Source: Heptranchias perlo (taxonomy: Eukaryota). Taken from it: 64,000 nt of DNA. The notes beneath the pieces are model-generated. The model had not been told where the DNA came from. It saw only the letters and a list, made by a program, of their open reading frames with translations, and made no database searches. The stretch spans positions 9,114,001 through 9,178,000 of the forward strand of contig NC_090342.1 in NCBI RefSeq assembly GCF_035084215.1, written 5' to 3'. Below, piece after piece: positions 23,079-51,340 of this stretch. The position numbers and the translations under genes are program-made. Each line of letters begins with the position of its first letter. Within the stretch, counting starts at the first letter, position 1.

Positions 23079-24059
23079 TGTTGAAAATTTTAAAATAATT
23101 TCACAAGTTTTTTTTTATATATATATATATGGAGAGAGAGCACTGCTTTCAGTTCCTTTCTTTTATCTTAGAATCCTAGTAACTTTTCCCTTAAAGTTGT
23201 AGAAAGTACGGGCTCAGCTGTCCTTGCACTTTAACTTGGGTTCCATGTTGCTGGTGACTTCAGCTTCTTCACAGCTACTAAAACAGAAATTTGTGATTTA
23301 AGAAGTCAGTCTAAATTTGTAGCTCTAATGGAAAAGGCTCATTTTACTAAGACAACTAGGTATTTCATTGTACTTTATAAAAGGGCAGTTGAAAGCAATA
23401 TATTTCAGACTCCTCCTCCCCCCAAGTACGATGAGGAAAAGCTGGCATAAACTAACACTCTACAGGTAGGTACAAAGGTGAAAATTAATTTATGCGATAA
23501 AGTTGATTTGGAGTGCTAAATAAAAACGTCAGTTGAGTTGCCTTTCTTTCCAGAAGTGGCTGTCTTAGTGAGAATTAAATAATAAAAAAGGGACCAAGTG
23601 CAACTCTCAAAACAAAATCTATTGCTGGCTTGTAATCTAGCTAGTTTAAATTTGTGCCTCATCACCCAGCATTCTCTGTCAGCTTCATATTTTACAGGTC
23701 AATGAATCCACCATGTGTACACACACCCCTCGTTATGTACAAAGTGGCCTTCACTGAGCTACTGAGTCAGTGCCCCCGATCTATAACTTTTACCATCTTT
23801 GAAAATAACATTATAAAAGGGAAATAATTCACAGAAAGGGCAATTTTATCTTGACAAAAAGTTCAAATAAAATGTTATGGGGGCAAGTGGATCTGAGGAA
23901 ATAGAAAGAATATATTGCTAGTTCCAGCAACTGAGGAAACTACTTCTTCACGTTATTGTTCAACCCTTTCAAATAAATAGAGGGTACATGATGAAGAGCT
24001 GTGGGTTATGATTTATTTGCCGTCATTGGACTAACCTGATCAACAAACCAACCAACCAA

Positions 24060-24625
24060 CCAACAACAATTTGTATTTATATAGTCCCTTTAATGTAGTA
24101 AAACGTCCCAAGGCGCTTCACAGTTGCGTTATCAAACAAAATGTGACACTGAGCCATATAAGGAGATATTAGGACAGGCGACCAAAAGCTTGGTAAAAGA
24201 GATAGGATTTAAGGAGCATCCTAAAGGAGGAGAGGGAGGTAGAGAGGCAGAGAGGTTTAAGGAGGGAATTCCAGAGCTTAGGGTCTAGGCAGCTAAAGGC
24301 ACGGCCACCAATAGTGGAGCGATGAAAATCAGGATGCACAAGAGGCCAGAATTGAAGGAGCTCAGAGATCGCTGAGGGTTGTAGGGCTGGAGGAGGTTAC
24401 AGAGATAGGGAGGGGCGAGGCCTTTGGAGGGATTTGAAAACAAGGATGAGAATTTTAAAATCAAGGCATTACTGGACCAGGAGCCAATGTCGGTCAGAGA
24501 GCACAGGGGTGATGAGTGAACGGAACATGGTGTGAGTTAAGATACAGGCAGCAGAGTTTTGGATGAGGTCAAGTTTATGGAGGGTGCAAGGTGGGAGGCC
24601 GGCCAAGAGAGCATTTTAATAGTCA
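24060..24625 (-). mobile_element. L2-type LINE 3' fragment
   Basis: Starts with (CAA)n-ttgtatttatatag tail; homologous to 61420-61960, 55325-55580 and 58915-59062. Confidence 0.7.
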
Positions 24626-25326
24626 GAAACAAAACGATGTAACACCCTTCAGATCTTCATTCATTTAAGATTATTACAGCCAACAGAAAGAAAGGTTTCC
24701 ATCTCATCAGTCTAGGCTGGGTTCAGGCACAGGTCTGTCACGTTGCTTGATTTCATTCTGGGAAATGAAGTTGAACAAAGAATTGATGTGAGAGTGGGGA
24801 AATAGTAACCACAACACATTTAGGCTTGATGTGAAAATCGAAAAAGATAATGAAGAGTAAAGATAAGGGTGCTGAACTGGAAAAGGGCAAAGTTCAGTGA
24901 AATAAGCAATTAAGTAGGCAGAAAAGTTACCAAACAGGACAATGCATCTGCAGTGGGATATCTTCAAATATGAGATAGGTAAAGAACAAAATAGATATAT
25001 TTTTAGAAGGCAAAAAGGGAGTGCATCAAAGATTAGTGTCGCATGCATAGATAGAGTAAAACTAAACTGAAACTTAAAACAGTGGCCCATGATAAAACTG
25101 GCTCACAATACCAAAGAAAATCATGAGAAATATAGAAAATATAGTGGGGACGCAAAAAGGGAGAATACTAGGGCTAAAGGGAATAGGAAAAAAGTCCACC
25201 GGGCAATATAAAATGAAATAGTAATTGCTTTGATAAGCAAATTAAAAAGAAGAGTAATTAAAGAGAGGGTAAGACTGCTCAGTGATGTAGGGGGAATCTA
25301 GTTGCAGAAGATGAAGATACATCGGA

Positions 25327-27592
25327 CATCCCTAATTGCCCTTGAGAAGGTGGTGGTGAGCCGCCTTCTTGAACCGCTGCAGTCCGCCTGGTGAAGGTTC
25401 TCCCACAGTGCTGTTAGGAAGGGAGTTCCAGGATTTTGACCCAGCGACGATGAAGGAACGGCAATATATTTCCAAGTCGGAGGGCAACGTGCAAGTGGTA
25501 TTGTTCCCATGTGCCTGCTGCTCTTGTCCTTCTAGGTGGTAGAGGTCGCGGGTTTGGGAGATGCTGTCGAAGAAGCCTTGGCGAGTTGCTGCGGTGCATC
25601 CTGTGGATGGTACACATTGCAACCACAGTGCGCCGGTGGTGAAGGGAGTGAATGTTTAGGGTGGTGGATGGGGTGCCAATCAAGCGGGCTGCTTTGTCCT
25701 GAATGGTGTTGAGCTTCTTGAGTGTTGTTGGAGCAGCAGTCATTCAGGCAAGTGGAGAGTAATCCATCACACTCCTGACTTGTGCCTTGTAGATGGTGGA
25801 AAGGCTTTGTGGAGTCAGGAGGTGAGTCACTCGCCGCAGAATACCCAGCCTCTGACCTGCTCTTGTAGCCACAGTATTTATATGGCTGGTCCAGTTAAGT
25901 TTCTGGTCAATGGTGACTCCCAGGATGTTGATGGTGGAGGATTCGGCGATGGTAATGCCATTGAATGTCAAGGGGAGGTAGTTAGACACTCTCTTGTTGG
26001 AGATAGTCACTGCCTGGCACTTGTCTGGCGCGAATGTTACTTGCCACTTATCAACCCAAGCCTGGATGTTGTCCAGGTCTTGCTGCATGCGGGCACGAAC
26101 TGCTTCATTATTTGAGGGGTTGCGAATGGAACTGAACACTGTGCAATCATCAGCGAATATCCCCATTTCTGACCTTATGATGGAGGGAAGGTCATTGATG
26201 AAGCAGCTGAAGATGGTTGGGCCTCGGACACTGCCCTGAGGAACTCCTGCAGCAATGTCCTGGGGCTGAGATGATTGGCCTCCAACAATCACTACCATCT
26301 TCCTTTGTGCTAGGTATGACTCCGGCCACTGGAGAGTTTTCCCCCTGATTTCCATTGACTTCAATTTTACTCGGGCTCCTTGGTGCCACACTCGGTCAAA
26401 TGCTGCCTTGATGTCAAGGGCAGTCACTCTCACCTCACCTCTGGAATTCAGCTCTTTTGTCCATGTTTGGACCAAGGCTGTAATGAGGTCTGGAGCTGGG
26501 TGGTCCTGGCGGAACCCAAACTGAGCATCCGTGAGCAGGTTATTGGTGAGTAAGTGCCGCTTGATAGCACTGTCATCGACACCTTCCATCACTTTGCTGA
26601 TGATTGACAGTAGACTGATGGGGCGGTAATTGGCCGGATTGGACTTGTCCTGCTTTTTGTGGACAGGACATACCTGGACAATTTTTCACATTGTCGGGTA
26701 GATGCCAGTCTTGTAGCTGTACTGGAACAGCTTGGCTAGAGGCGCAGCTAGTTCTGGAGCACAAGTCTTTAGCACTATAGCCGGGATGTTATCGGGGCCC
26801 ATAGCCTTTGCTGTATCCAGTGGACTCAGCCATTTCTTGATATCACGTGGAGTGAATCAAATTGGCTGAAGACTGGCTTCTGTGATGGTGGGGATATCGG
26901 GAGGAGGCCGAAATGGATCATCCACTCGGCACTTCTGGCTGAAGATGGTTGCAAACGCTTCAGCCTTGTCTTTTGCACTCATGTGCTGGACTCCGCCATC
27001 ATTGAGGATGGGGATGTTTACAGAGCCTCCTCCTCCCATTAGTTGTTTAATTGTCCACCACCATTCATGACTGAATGTGGCAGGACTGCAGAGCTTTGAT
27101 CTGATCCGTTGGTTGTGGAATCGCTTAGCTTTGCCTATAGCATGTTGCTTCTGTTGTTTAGCATGCATGTAGTCCTGAGTTGTAACTTCACCAGGTTGGC
27201 ATCTCATTTTTAGGTATGCCTGGTGCTGCTCCTGGCATGCTCTTCTACACTCCTCATTGAACCAGGGTTGATCCCCTGGCTTGTTGGTAATGGTAGAGTG
27301 AGGAATATGCTGGGCCATGAGGCTACAGATTGTGCTGGAATACAATTCTGCTGCTGCTGATGGCCCACAGCGCCTCATGGATGCCCAGTTTTGAGCAGCT
27401 AGATCTGTTCTGAATCTATCCTATTTAGCACGGTGATAGTGCCACACAACACGTTGGATGGTGTCCTCAGTGCAAAGACGGGATTTCGTCTCCACGAGGA
27501 CTGTGCGGTGGTCACTCCTCCCAATACTGTCATGGACAGATGTATTTGCGACAGGTAGATTGGTGAGGACGAGGTCAAGTAAGTTTTTCCCT
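25327..27592 (-). mobile_element. CR1-group LINE (family B), 5'-truncated, with frameshifts
   Basis: RT ORF 25744-26592 nearly identical to 16707-18081; upstream endonuclease-end/tether region with PWFN. Confidence 0.92.
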
Positions 27593-27910
27593 CAGCCATG
27601 ATCTAATTAAATGGCAGAACAGGCTGAATGACCTATTCACGTTCCTAACGTTCCTATATAGAGCATTTTGCAGGATAAGGACGGCAGAGCTGTTTCACTG
27701 GTGATAAACGATTGTACAATTCACATACATGCAACTTTACAAACCGGGATTCATTATACTTCTTCAAATCTCTGTGCTGGTGTGTGTAGTGACATCTCTA
27801 CAACATGCTTGTTTATAGAATCATAGAATGACACAGCACAGAAGGAGGCCATTCGGCCCATTGTGCCTATGTCAGCTCTTTGAAAGACCTATCCAATTAG
27901 TCCCACTCCC

Positions 27911-28090
27911 CGCACTTGAGGCTTTCCACGACCGGTGGGCACTGCAGGGACTGGAGTGCATCCTTGATCAGTATCATCAAATTATTATTTGACTTTGTTT
28001 ATTTATTTGATTTTGATTTGTTTTTTTTAAAATAAAGTTACATCCTTTCTTAAGGGGGCCTAAACCAAAAAAAGTCAGTTAAAAAAAAAA
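27911..28090 (+). mobile_element. Tx1/L1-clade LINE 3' end inserted in a CR1 tail
   Basis: Encodes EAFHDRWALQGLECILD, then T-rich UTR, AATAAA and poly(A); flanked by TCCCACTC (27901-27908, 28091-28098); related fragment at 53735-53850. Confidence 0.55.
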
Positions 28091-28178
28091 TCCCACTCTC
28101 CCCCTGCTCTTCCCCATAGCCTTGCAAATTTTTCCCCTAAGATGTTTTTTTTCCTTGTCCTTTCTCGTTATGTTCCTA

Positions 28179-31100
28179 ATCATAGAATTATAGAATGGTT
28201 ATAGCACGGAAGGAGGCCATTCAGCCCATCAAGTCCGTGCCGGCTCTCTGCAAGAGCAATCCAGCTAGTCCCATTCCCCGCAGCCCTGCAATTTTTTTCC
28301 CTTCAATTATTATCCAATTCCCTTTTGAAAGCCATGATTGAATCTGCCTCCATCACTCCCTCAGGCAGTGCATTCCAGATCCTAACCACTCGCTGTGTAA
28401 AAAATTTTTTCCTCATGTCGCCTTTGGTTCTTTTGCCAATCACCTTAAATCTATGTCCTCTGGTTCTTGACCCTTCTGCCAATGGGAACAGTTTCTCTCT
28501 ATCTACTGTGTCTAGACCTTTCATGATTTTGAACACCTCTATCAAATCTCCTCTCAACCTTCTCTGCTCTAAGGAGAACAACCCCAGCTTCTCCAATATA
28601 TCCACATAACTGAAGTCCTTCATTCCTGGAACTATTCTAGTAAATCTCTTCTGCATCCTCTCTTAGGCCTTCACATCCTTCCTAAAGTGCAGTGCCCAGA
28701 ATTGGACGCAATACTCCAGTTGTGGCCGAACCAGTGTTTTATAAAGGTTCATCATGACTTCATTGCTTTTGTACTCTATGCCTCTATTTATAAAACCCAG
28801 GATCCCGTAAGCTTTTTTAACCACCTTCTCAACCTTCCCTGCCACCTTCAACGATTTGTGCACATTTACCCCCAGTTCTCTCTGTTCTTGAACCCCTTTT
28901 AGAATTGTACCCATTAGTTTATATTGCCTCTCTTCATTCTTTCTACCAAAATATATCACTTCGCACTTTTCTGCATTAAATTTCATCTACCACGTGTCCG
29001 CCCATTCCACCAGCCTGTCTATGTCCTCTTGAAGTCAATCGCTATCCTCCTCACTTTTCACTACATTTCCAAGTTTTGTGTCATCTGCAAATTTTGAAAT
29101 TGTGCCCTGTACACCCAAGTCCAAGCTGTTAATATATATCAAAAAAAGCAGTGGTCCTAGTACCGACCCCTGGGAAATACCACTGAATACCACTCTCTAG
29201 TCTGAAAAACAACCGTTCCCCACTACTCTCTGTTTCCTGTCCCTTAGCCAATTTTGTATCCATGCTGCCGCTGCCCCTTTTATTCCATGGGTTTCAACTT
29301 TGATGACAAGCTTATTATGTGGCACTTTATCAAATGCCTTTTGGAAGTCCATATACACCACATCAACCGCATTACCCATATCAACCCTTTCTATTACCTC
29401 AAGAAAAAACTCAATCAAGTTAGTTAAACACGATTTGCCTTTAACAAATCCATGCTGGCTTTCCGTAATTAATCCCCACTTGTCCAAGTGACTGTTAATT
29501 TTGTCCTGGATTATCATTTCTAAAAGTTTCCCCACCACTGAGGTTAAACTGACTGACCTTTAGTTGCTGGGTTTATCCTTACACCCTTTTTTGAGCAACG
29601 GTGTAACATTTGCAATTCTCCAGTCCTCTGGCACCACACCCGCATCCAAGGATGATTGGAAGGTTATGGCCAGTACCTCCGCAATTTCCATCCTTACTTC
29701 CCTCAGCAACGTAGGATGCATCCCATCTGGACCCGGGTGATTTATCTACTGTAAGTACAGCTAGACTTTCTAGTACGTTCTCTTTTTCAATTTTTAGTCC
29801 ATCCAGTATCTCAACTACCCCTTCTGTTACTGTGACTTTGGCAGCATCTTCTTCCTTGGTAAAGACAGGTGCAAAGGACTCATTTAGTACCTCAGCCATG
29901 CCCTCTGCCTCCATGCGTAGATCTCCTTTTTTGGTCCCTACTCAGTCCCACCCCTCCTCTTACTACCCATTTACTGTTTATATTCCTATGGAAGACTTTT
30001 GGATTCCCTTTTATGTTAGCCGCCAGTCTATTCTCATACTCTCTCTTTGTTCCTCTTATTTCCTTTTCCGCTTCCCCTCTGAACTTTCCATATTCGGCCT
30101 GATTCTCACTTGTACTATCAACCTGACATCAGTCATACGCCCCTTTTTTCTGCTTTATCTTACTCTCTATCTCTTTCGTCATTCAGGGAGCTCTGGCTTT
30201 AGTTGCCCTACCCTTCTCCCTCATGGGAATGTACCTCGACTGTACCTGAACCAGCTCCTCTTTAAAGGCTGCCTATTGTTCAATTACAGTTTTGTCCGCC
30301 AATCTTTGATTCCAATTTACCCAGGCCAGATTCATTCTCATCCCACTGAAATTGTCCCTCCTCCAATTGAGTATTTTTACTCTAGAGTGCTCCTTGTCCT
30401 TTTCCATAGCTAATCTAAACCTTATGATACTATGATCGCTGTTCCCTAAATGTTCCCCCACTGACACTTGCTCCATTTGACCCACCTCATTCCCCAGAAC
30501 CAGATCCAGCAATGCCTCCTTCGTTGTTGGGCCAGAAACATACTGATCAAGAAAGTTCTCCTGAACACACTTCAGAAATTCTTCCTCCTCTCTGCTCTTT
30601 ACACTATTACTATCCCAGTCTACATTAGGAGAGTTGAAGTCCCCCACTCCATGGCCATTGCACCTCTCTGTAATTTCCCTGCAAATTTGTTCCTCTATAT
30701 CCTTCCCACTAGTTGGTGGCCTGTAGAATACACCTTGTAGCATAATGGCACCTTTATTGTTTATTAACTCTAACCAAATAAATTGACCCCTCAAGGACAT
30801 CCTCTCTCTACAGTACTGCGATATTCTCCTTAATCAATACTGCCACCACCACCTCCCCCCCTCCTTTCTTTCCTTCACTTTCCTTCCTGAACACCTTGTT
30901 TCCAGGGATATTTAGTACCCAATCCTGCCCTTTTTTGAGCCAGGTCTCCGTTATCACCACGACATCAAATTCCCATGTGGCTAATTGTGCCTGCAGCTCA
31001 CCAACCTTGTTTACTAGGCTGCGTGAGTTTACACACATGCACTGTAAACCTGTCTTAGACCTTCTTGTATTCTCTCTTAGTCTGTTCCCACCTAATACCA

Positions 31101-31360
31101 TACTCTTTCTTACTCTAGTGCTATCTGTCTCTCCCAATCCTTTATGCACCTTGTTTCTCCTTTCCAATGCCCAAACCCCCACCCAAATTAGTTTAACCCC
31201 ACCCCCACAGCACTAGCGAACCTCCCCCGAGGACACTGGTCTCAGCTCCATTGAGGTGCAACCCGTCGGGGATGTACAGGTCCCACCTCCCCCACAACTG
31301 GTCCCAATGCCCCCAGGAATCCAAAGCCCTCCCTCCTGCACCATCTCTCCAGCCACGCAT
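28179..31360 (-). mobile_element. Near-complete degenerate CR1 LINE (family A): ORF1 esterase end + ORF2 APE endonuclease/RT
   Basis: DGLHLN (SGNH esterase-type ORF1), ITETWL, YRPP, GDFN, SDH, QHGF, YMDFQKAFDKVPH, MKFNAEKC, and (attctatg)n tail on the minus strand. Confidence 0.92.
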
Positions 31361-31496
31361 CCATCGGCCCAAGCCTCCCATTTCTATACCCGCTAGATTA
31401 AAAACGTTAACTATAAATGTGTTAGAATTAGATTCTTTTTTGCTCAACTCGGGCAGGTTTTGTTTGTTTTTTTTTCTACAAGTGAACAAAACTCAC

Positions 31497-31650
31497 CCCG
31501 GACTCGATGCTCCCGTCTGCGGCCCTCGGCTTTCCAGAGTCCGGCGCATCTCCCGTTTCCATCGCAACGGTCTCTAGGGTTCGTAACTAAGGTAAACGAT
31601 CTGGAGAACGGGGGGGGGAGGGGAGAAGGGTCAGCTAACCCCGGAAGTAA
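31497..31650 (-). other. Probable non-coding first exon of TTC41
   Basis: CpG-rich segment ending in a consensus minus-strand donor (GGG|GTGAGT, 31496-31491). A plausible acceptor (ttttagtag, 23279-23275) lies upstream of the ATG exon. The 5' boundary is a guess. Confidence 0.5.
31555..31597. promoter_or_regulatory. Two RFX X-box-like motifs
   Basis: GTTTCCATCGCAAC (31555-31568) and GTAACTAAGGTAAAC (31583-31597) resemble the GTNRCC-N(0-3)-RGYAAC consensus. Confidence 0.5.
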
Positions 31651-31816
31651 AATCAAAGACACTCTTAAAATAAGAAGATATTTTTGATTCTCACCGATGA
31701 ATAAGGGAAAAACAATTCTCCCCCCGCAAAATAAAAATATTAAACACATTGAAAACCCGAGGTTGGTAAACGGGGGGAGGGTTCGACCTTTGATTTCGCC
31801 CCGGCCCGCACCTCCA

Positions 31817-31939
31817 CCAATGGGGACGAGCCACGCTCCAGACGTAGGCGATGGTACATGGAAGGCGGTGATTGGTCGAGCCGTTTGCGCGGGCGTTTCT
31901 GATTAGTCGGTTGTTTTTTGCGTGGTGGGCAGTGATTGG
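31817..31939. promoter_or_regulatory. ER stress response element (ERSE) array of the HSP90B1 promoter
   Basis: Perfect CCAAT-N9-CCACG at 31817-31835 (+) and 31939-31921 (-); variants CCAAT-N9-CCATG at 31875-31857 (-) and CTAAT-N9-CCGCG at 31906-31888 (-). Confidence 0.92.
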
Positions 31940-32096
31940 CTGCTGGTCGCGGCTCCTCCCCCCTCCCCGGGGCTCCAGCCGGGTTTTATTGAAGAATCGG
32001 AGCAAAAGCGGCGGCGGATCGAGCGGCGAGAGGAGGCAGGAGGGTGATCCGAGTACCGGGGGACAGCTGGGCGCCTGTGTGTGAGGGGGAAAAAAA

Positions 32097-32129
<33 letters not shown>

Positions 32130-32144
32130 AAATCAAGGCCGACG

Positions 32145-47836
<15,692 letters not shown>

Positions 47837-48060
47837 GGAATGAATAGACTACAATCTACATTGGGGAGGTGTAAAGTACTGGGAAGTAAAACCATTGAAC
47901 AGGATGTTGAAGAGCAAACAATTCAGATTTATTCCTATTAAAGGATATGGGAGGGCAAAGGAGTTTTGTATGTTATTTACATTCCTTGTGGAAGTGAAAT
48001 GACTGTAAATTTGTAATATTTAAAATGACAATTTCTTGTGAAACTAGTCATGTAAACCAT

Positions 48061-48066
48061 AATAAA
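48061..48066 (+). terminator. HSP90B1 polyadenylation signal
   Basis: AATAAA about 225 nt after the stop codon, followed by a T/GT-rich stretch. Confidence 0.75.
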
Positions 48067-49053
48067 ACTTTTCCACAAACTTGTTCAAATGTGCCTTTTT
48101 GATAAACTGCAGTAGCTTGCTTTGAGCTGCACAATGAAACCTGTTGCCTTCTAATGTAATGTACTACAACCATCTATTTTAGTTTAGAGAAAGTTTAAAA
48201 AAAAATTGAAAGATGATGAAGACATTCTCAAAGGATGGTACCCATGCCTCTTTTGAAGGAGCTAATTGACAACAGCATTTCTGGGAATCTTCTGTGCTAC
48301 TTGGGGGGTGGGAGATTTTGTTCTATTTCTAGTATTAAGGCTTAATTTTAAAATAGTGTCATCCCCATGGTTCAATGCTGGATGTTTCTCACCTTGTTCC
48401 TTACCTATTGGTTTAATTAGGCTAAATGTATGTTACCTCTTCATTCAGCACCAGCCATTTAGCCTAATTAACCAGCTTTGGATGTTTCAGTGATAGATTT
48501 CCTCTTGCTTTGTGGGTAGTAAGAGGCCTCACTGAAACTCTGACTGTAGGTATTTCCTAGCCTCAGCTGCCCTCTCCTTGTATGAGTAAAATGTGTGCTT
48601 TTACCTTTCCTCAAGTAGCTTCCAGCTCTGCAGAAGTAAGTTGGTTTTAAACAGACTGCATCTGGATTCCTGCAACAGCTGCTAGTACAGGGTTTCAATT
48701 TGACCAGCTGTGTAGATGATTTTATGGTAATTTTCATTCTTGCTTTGACTTTTAAAAGGGTGGGGTTTATTCCCTTAGCTCAAGGCTCCTTAGATTCTGA
48801 CTATTGTAAGATGATACTCTAAATGCTCTGCTTAGAACCATAAGCGGAGGTACATAGTAAAATTAAAGTAGCATCTAGCCCACTTGAAGAGTCATCAGAG
48901 GAACTGGGTGCATGAGGTAAGCTTTATTTGCACAATATGTTCCATGTTGGAATAGCCTTAACTAGATGCTAGTGACATTCGTAAACCAGCAAAATTGACT
49001 TGTGGACCACTTGGTTAGTTGTGTGAAATTGGATTTGGACCAAGGTAGAGGAT

Positions 49054-50840
49054 GCCTGTGTGAGAACCTCTCTGGATACGTTGAGGGCATCCTGAAACCC
49101 ATCATACAGGAAACCCCCAGCTTCTGTCACGACACAACAGACTTCCTACAAAAACTCAGCACCCACGGACCAGTTGAACCAGGAACACTGCTCACCATGA
49201 TGGACGTCTCTGCACTCTACACCAGTATCCCCCACGATGACTGCATCGCTGCAACAGCCTCCGTACTCAACACCAACAGCCAATCTCCAGACGCCATCCT
49301 ACAACTCATCCGCTTCATCCTGGATCACAATGTCTTCACCTTCGATAACCAGTTCTTTACCCAAACACACTGAACAGCCATGGGGACCAAATTCGCACCC
49401 CAATACGCCAACATTTTCATGCACAAGTTCGAGCACGACTTCTTCACTGCACAGGACCTCCAACCAACGCTATACACCAGATACATCGACATTTTCTTCC
49501 TATGGACCCACGGCAAAGAATCACTGAAGAGACTACACTATAACATCAACAAGTTCCATCCCACCATCAAACTCACCATGGACGACTCCTCAGAATCGGT
49601 TTCTTTCTTGGACACACGAATCTCCATCAAAGACGGGCACCTCACTCTACCGCAAGCCCACGGACAACCTCACGATGCTCCACTTTTCCAGCTTCCACCC
49701 TAACCATGTCAGAGGCCATCCCCTATGGACAGGCCCTGCGAATACACAGGATCTGCTCAGACGAGGAGGAACGCGATGGACACCTACAGATGCTGAAAGA
49801 TGCCCTCGTAAGAACTGGATATGACGCTCGACTCGTCGATCGACAGTTCCAACGGGCCACAGCGAAGAATCGCGTAGACCTCCTCAGAAGACAAACACGG
49901 GACGCAACCAACAGTACCCTTCGTCGTCCAGTACTTCCCCGGAGTGGAGAAACTACGCCATGTTCTCTGCAGCCTTCAACATGTCATCGATGACTACGAA
50001 CACCTCACTAAGGCCATCCCCACGCCTCCACTACTCCTTCAAACAGCCACCCAACCTCAAACAGACCATCGTTCGCAGCAAATTACCCAGCTTTCAGGAG
50101 AACAGCATCCACGACACCACACAACCCTGCCACGTCAACCTCTGCAAGACATGCCAGATCATCGACAGATACCACCATCACACGAGAGGACGCCACCCAC
50201 CAGGTACATGGTTCATACTCCTGTGACTCGGCCAACATTGTCTACCTCATACGTTGCAGGAAAGGATGCCCCGGAGCATGGTACATTAGCGAGACCATGC
50301 AGACACTGTGACAACGGATGAACGGACACTGCGCAACAATCGCCAGACAGGAGGGTTCCCTCCCAGTCGGGGAACACTTCAGCAGTCAAGGACATTCAGC
50401 CACCGATCTTCGGGTAAGCGTTCTCCAAGGCGGCTTTCGAGACACACGACAACGCAAAATCGTCGAGCAGAAATTGATAGCCAAGTTCTGCACCCATAAG
50501 GACAGCCTCAACCGGGATCTTGGGTTCATGTCACACTACACGTAACCCCACCAGCGGGAAAAAAAGTTACCTGTTTTTAATACAACTTGACATTCTCTCT
50601 CTCTGCCTTTTGGGTCTCTGTGTAACCTGACCCATTGTGTATTCAGTATACTGGGATGTAATGTTTTCTGTGGCTAACCTGTCTGAACAACAACGACACC
50701 TTTGCTGTGATTGTCTCCCAGCCGAATAGATGTGATTTTGGAACCCTTCACTCACTCACCTGACGAAGGAAGTAAGCTCCGAAAGCTTGTGCTTTTCAAA
50801 TAAAACTGTTGGACTATAACCTGGTGTTGTAAGATTACTT
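49054..50840 (+). mobile_element. 5'-truncated Penelope-like element (RT + GIY-YIG endonuclease + pLTR)
   Basis: MDVSALYTSIPH, AMGTKFAPQYANIFM, RYID, VSFLD, then C..C, IVYLIRC...WYISET, HF and C-terminal LNRDLG; several frameshifts and stops. Confidence 0.92.
50756..50791 (+). ncRNA. Minimal hammerhead ribozyme motif in the Penelope pLTR
   Basis: CAC-CTGACGA-A-GGA(agtaagc)TCC-GAAA-GCTT-GTG. Confidence 0.75.
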
Positions 50841-51009
50841 CTATTTATAGTTAACATTAATGGTTATCTCCACTCAAGATACCCTAGAGCTATTACTCAC
50901 ATCTGATACAATTTAGCTACCCTTTCCTCCAACAAAGATCTGTTTACATTGTTTTCCCACAAGAGAACCTGTTTCTCCTTCCAATTAGCAGGAACATAGG
51001 CACAATCCA

Positions 51010-51340
51010 ATTAAGAATGCTGTAAGTACTCCAGCAAAGCAGCATCTGTGGAGAGAAACAGTTTATATATCAGGTCAATGACCTTTCATCAAAACTGGAA
51101 GTTAGAGATTTAAGTACGTATAGAGCCAGGGGCGAAGGAAAGAACAAAAGTGGTGGGTAGGGGTATTAAATGACACAAGGGATGGAGAATTAAAGTGGCA
51201 AGTGACATGAAGTTCAGGGTCATGCTTGGAGGCACAGATGTTCAGCAAAGTGATCACCCAATCTGTGTTTTAGTCCCCAAGGTAGAGTAGACCACAGCAT
51301 AAGCAGTGAATACAGTATACCAAGTTTGAAGTACAAGAAT
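51010..51340 (-). mobile_element. Second Penelope-like family remnant (GIY-YIG fragment + pLTR tail)
   Basis: Minus-strand CTSNLVYCIHCLCCGLLYLG near 51340-51275; decayed hammerhead TTGATGA-AAGGTCA.TGACCT-GATA near 51092-51068. Confidence 0.6.
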
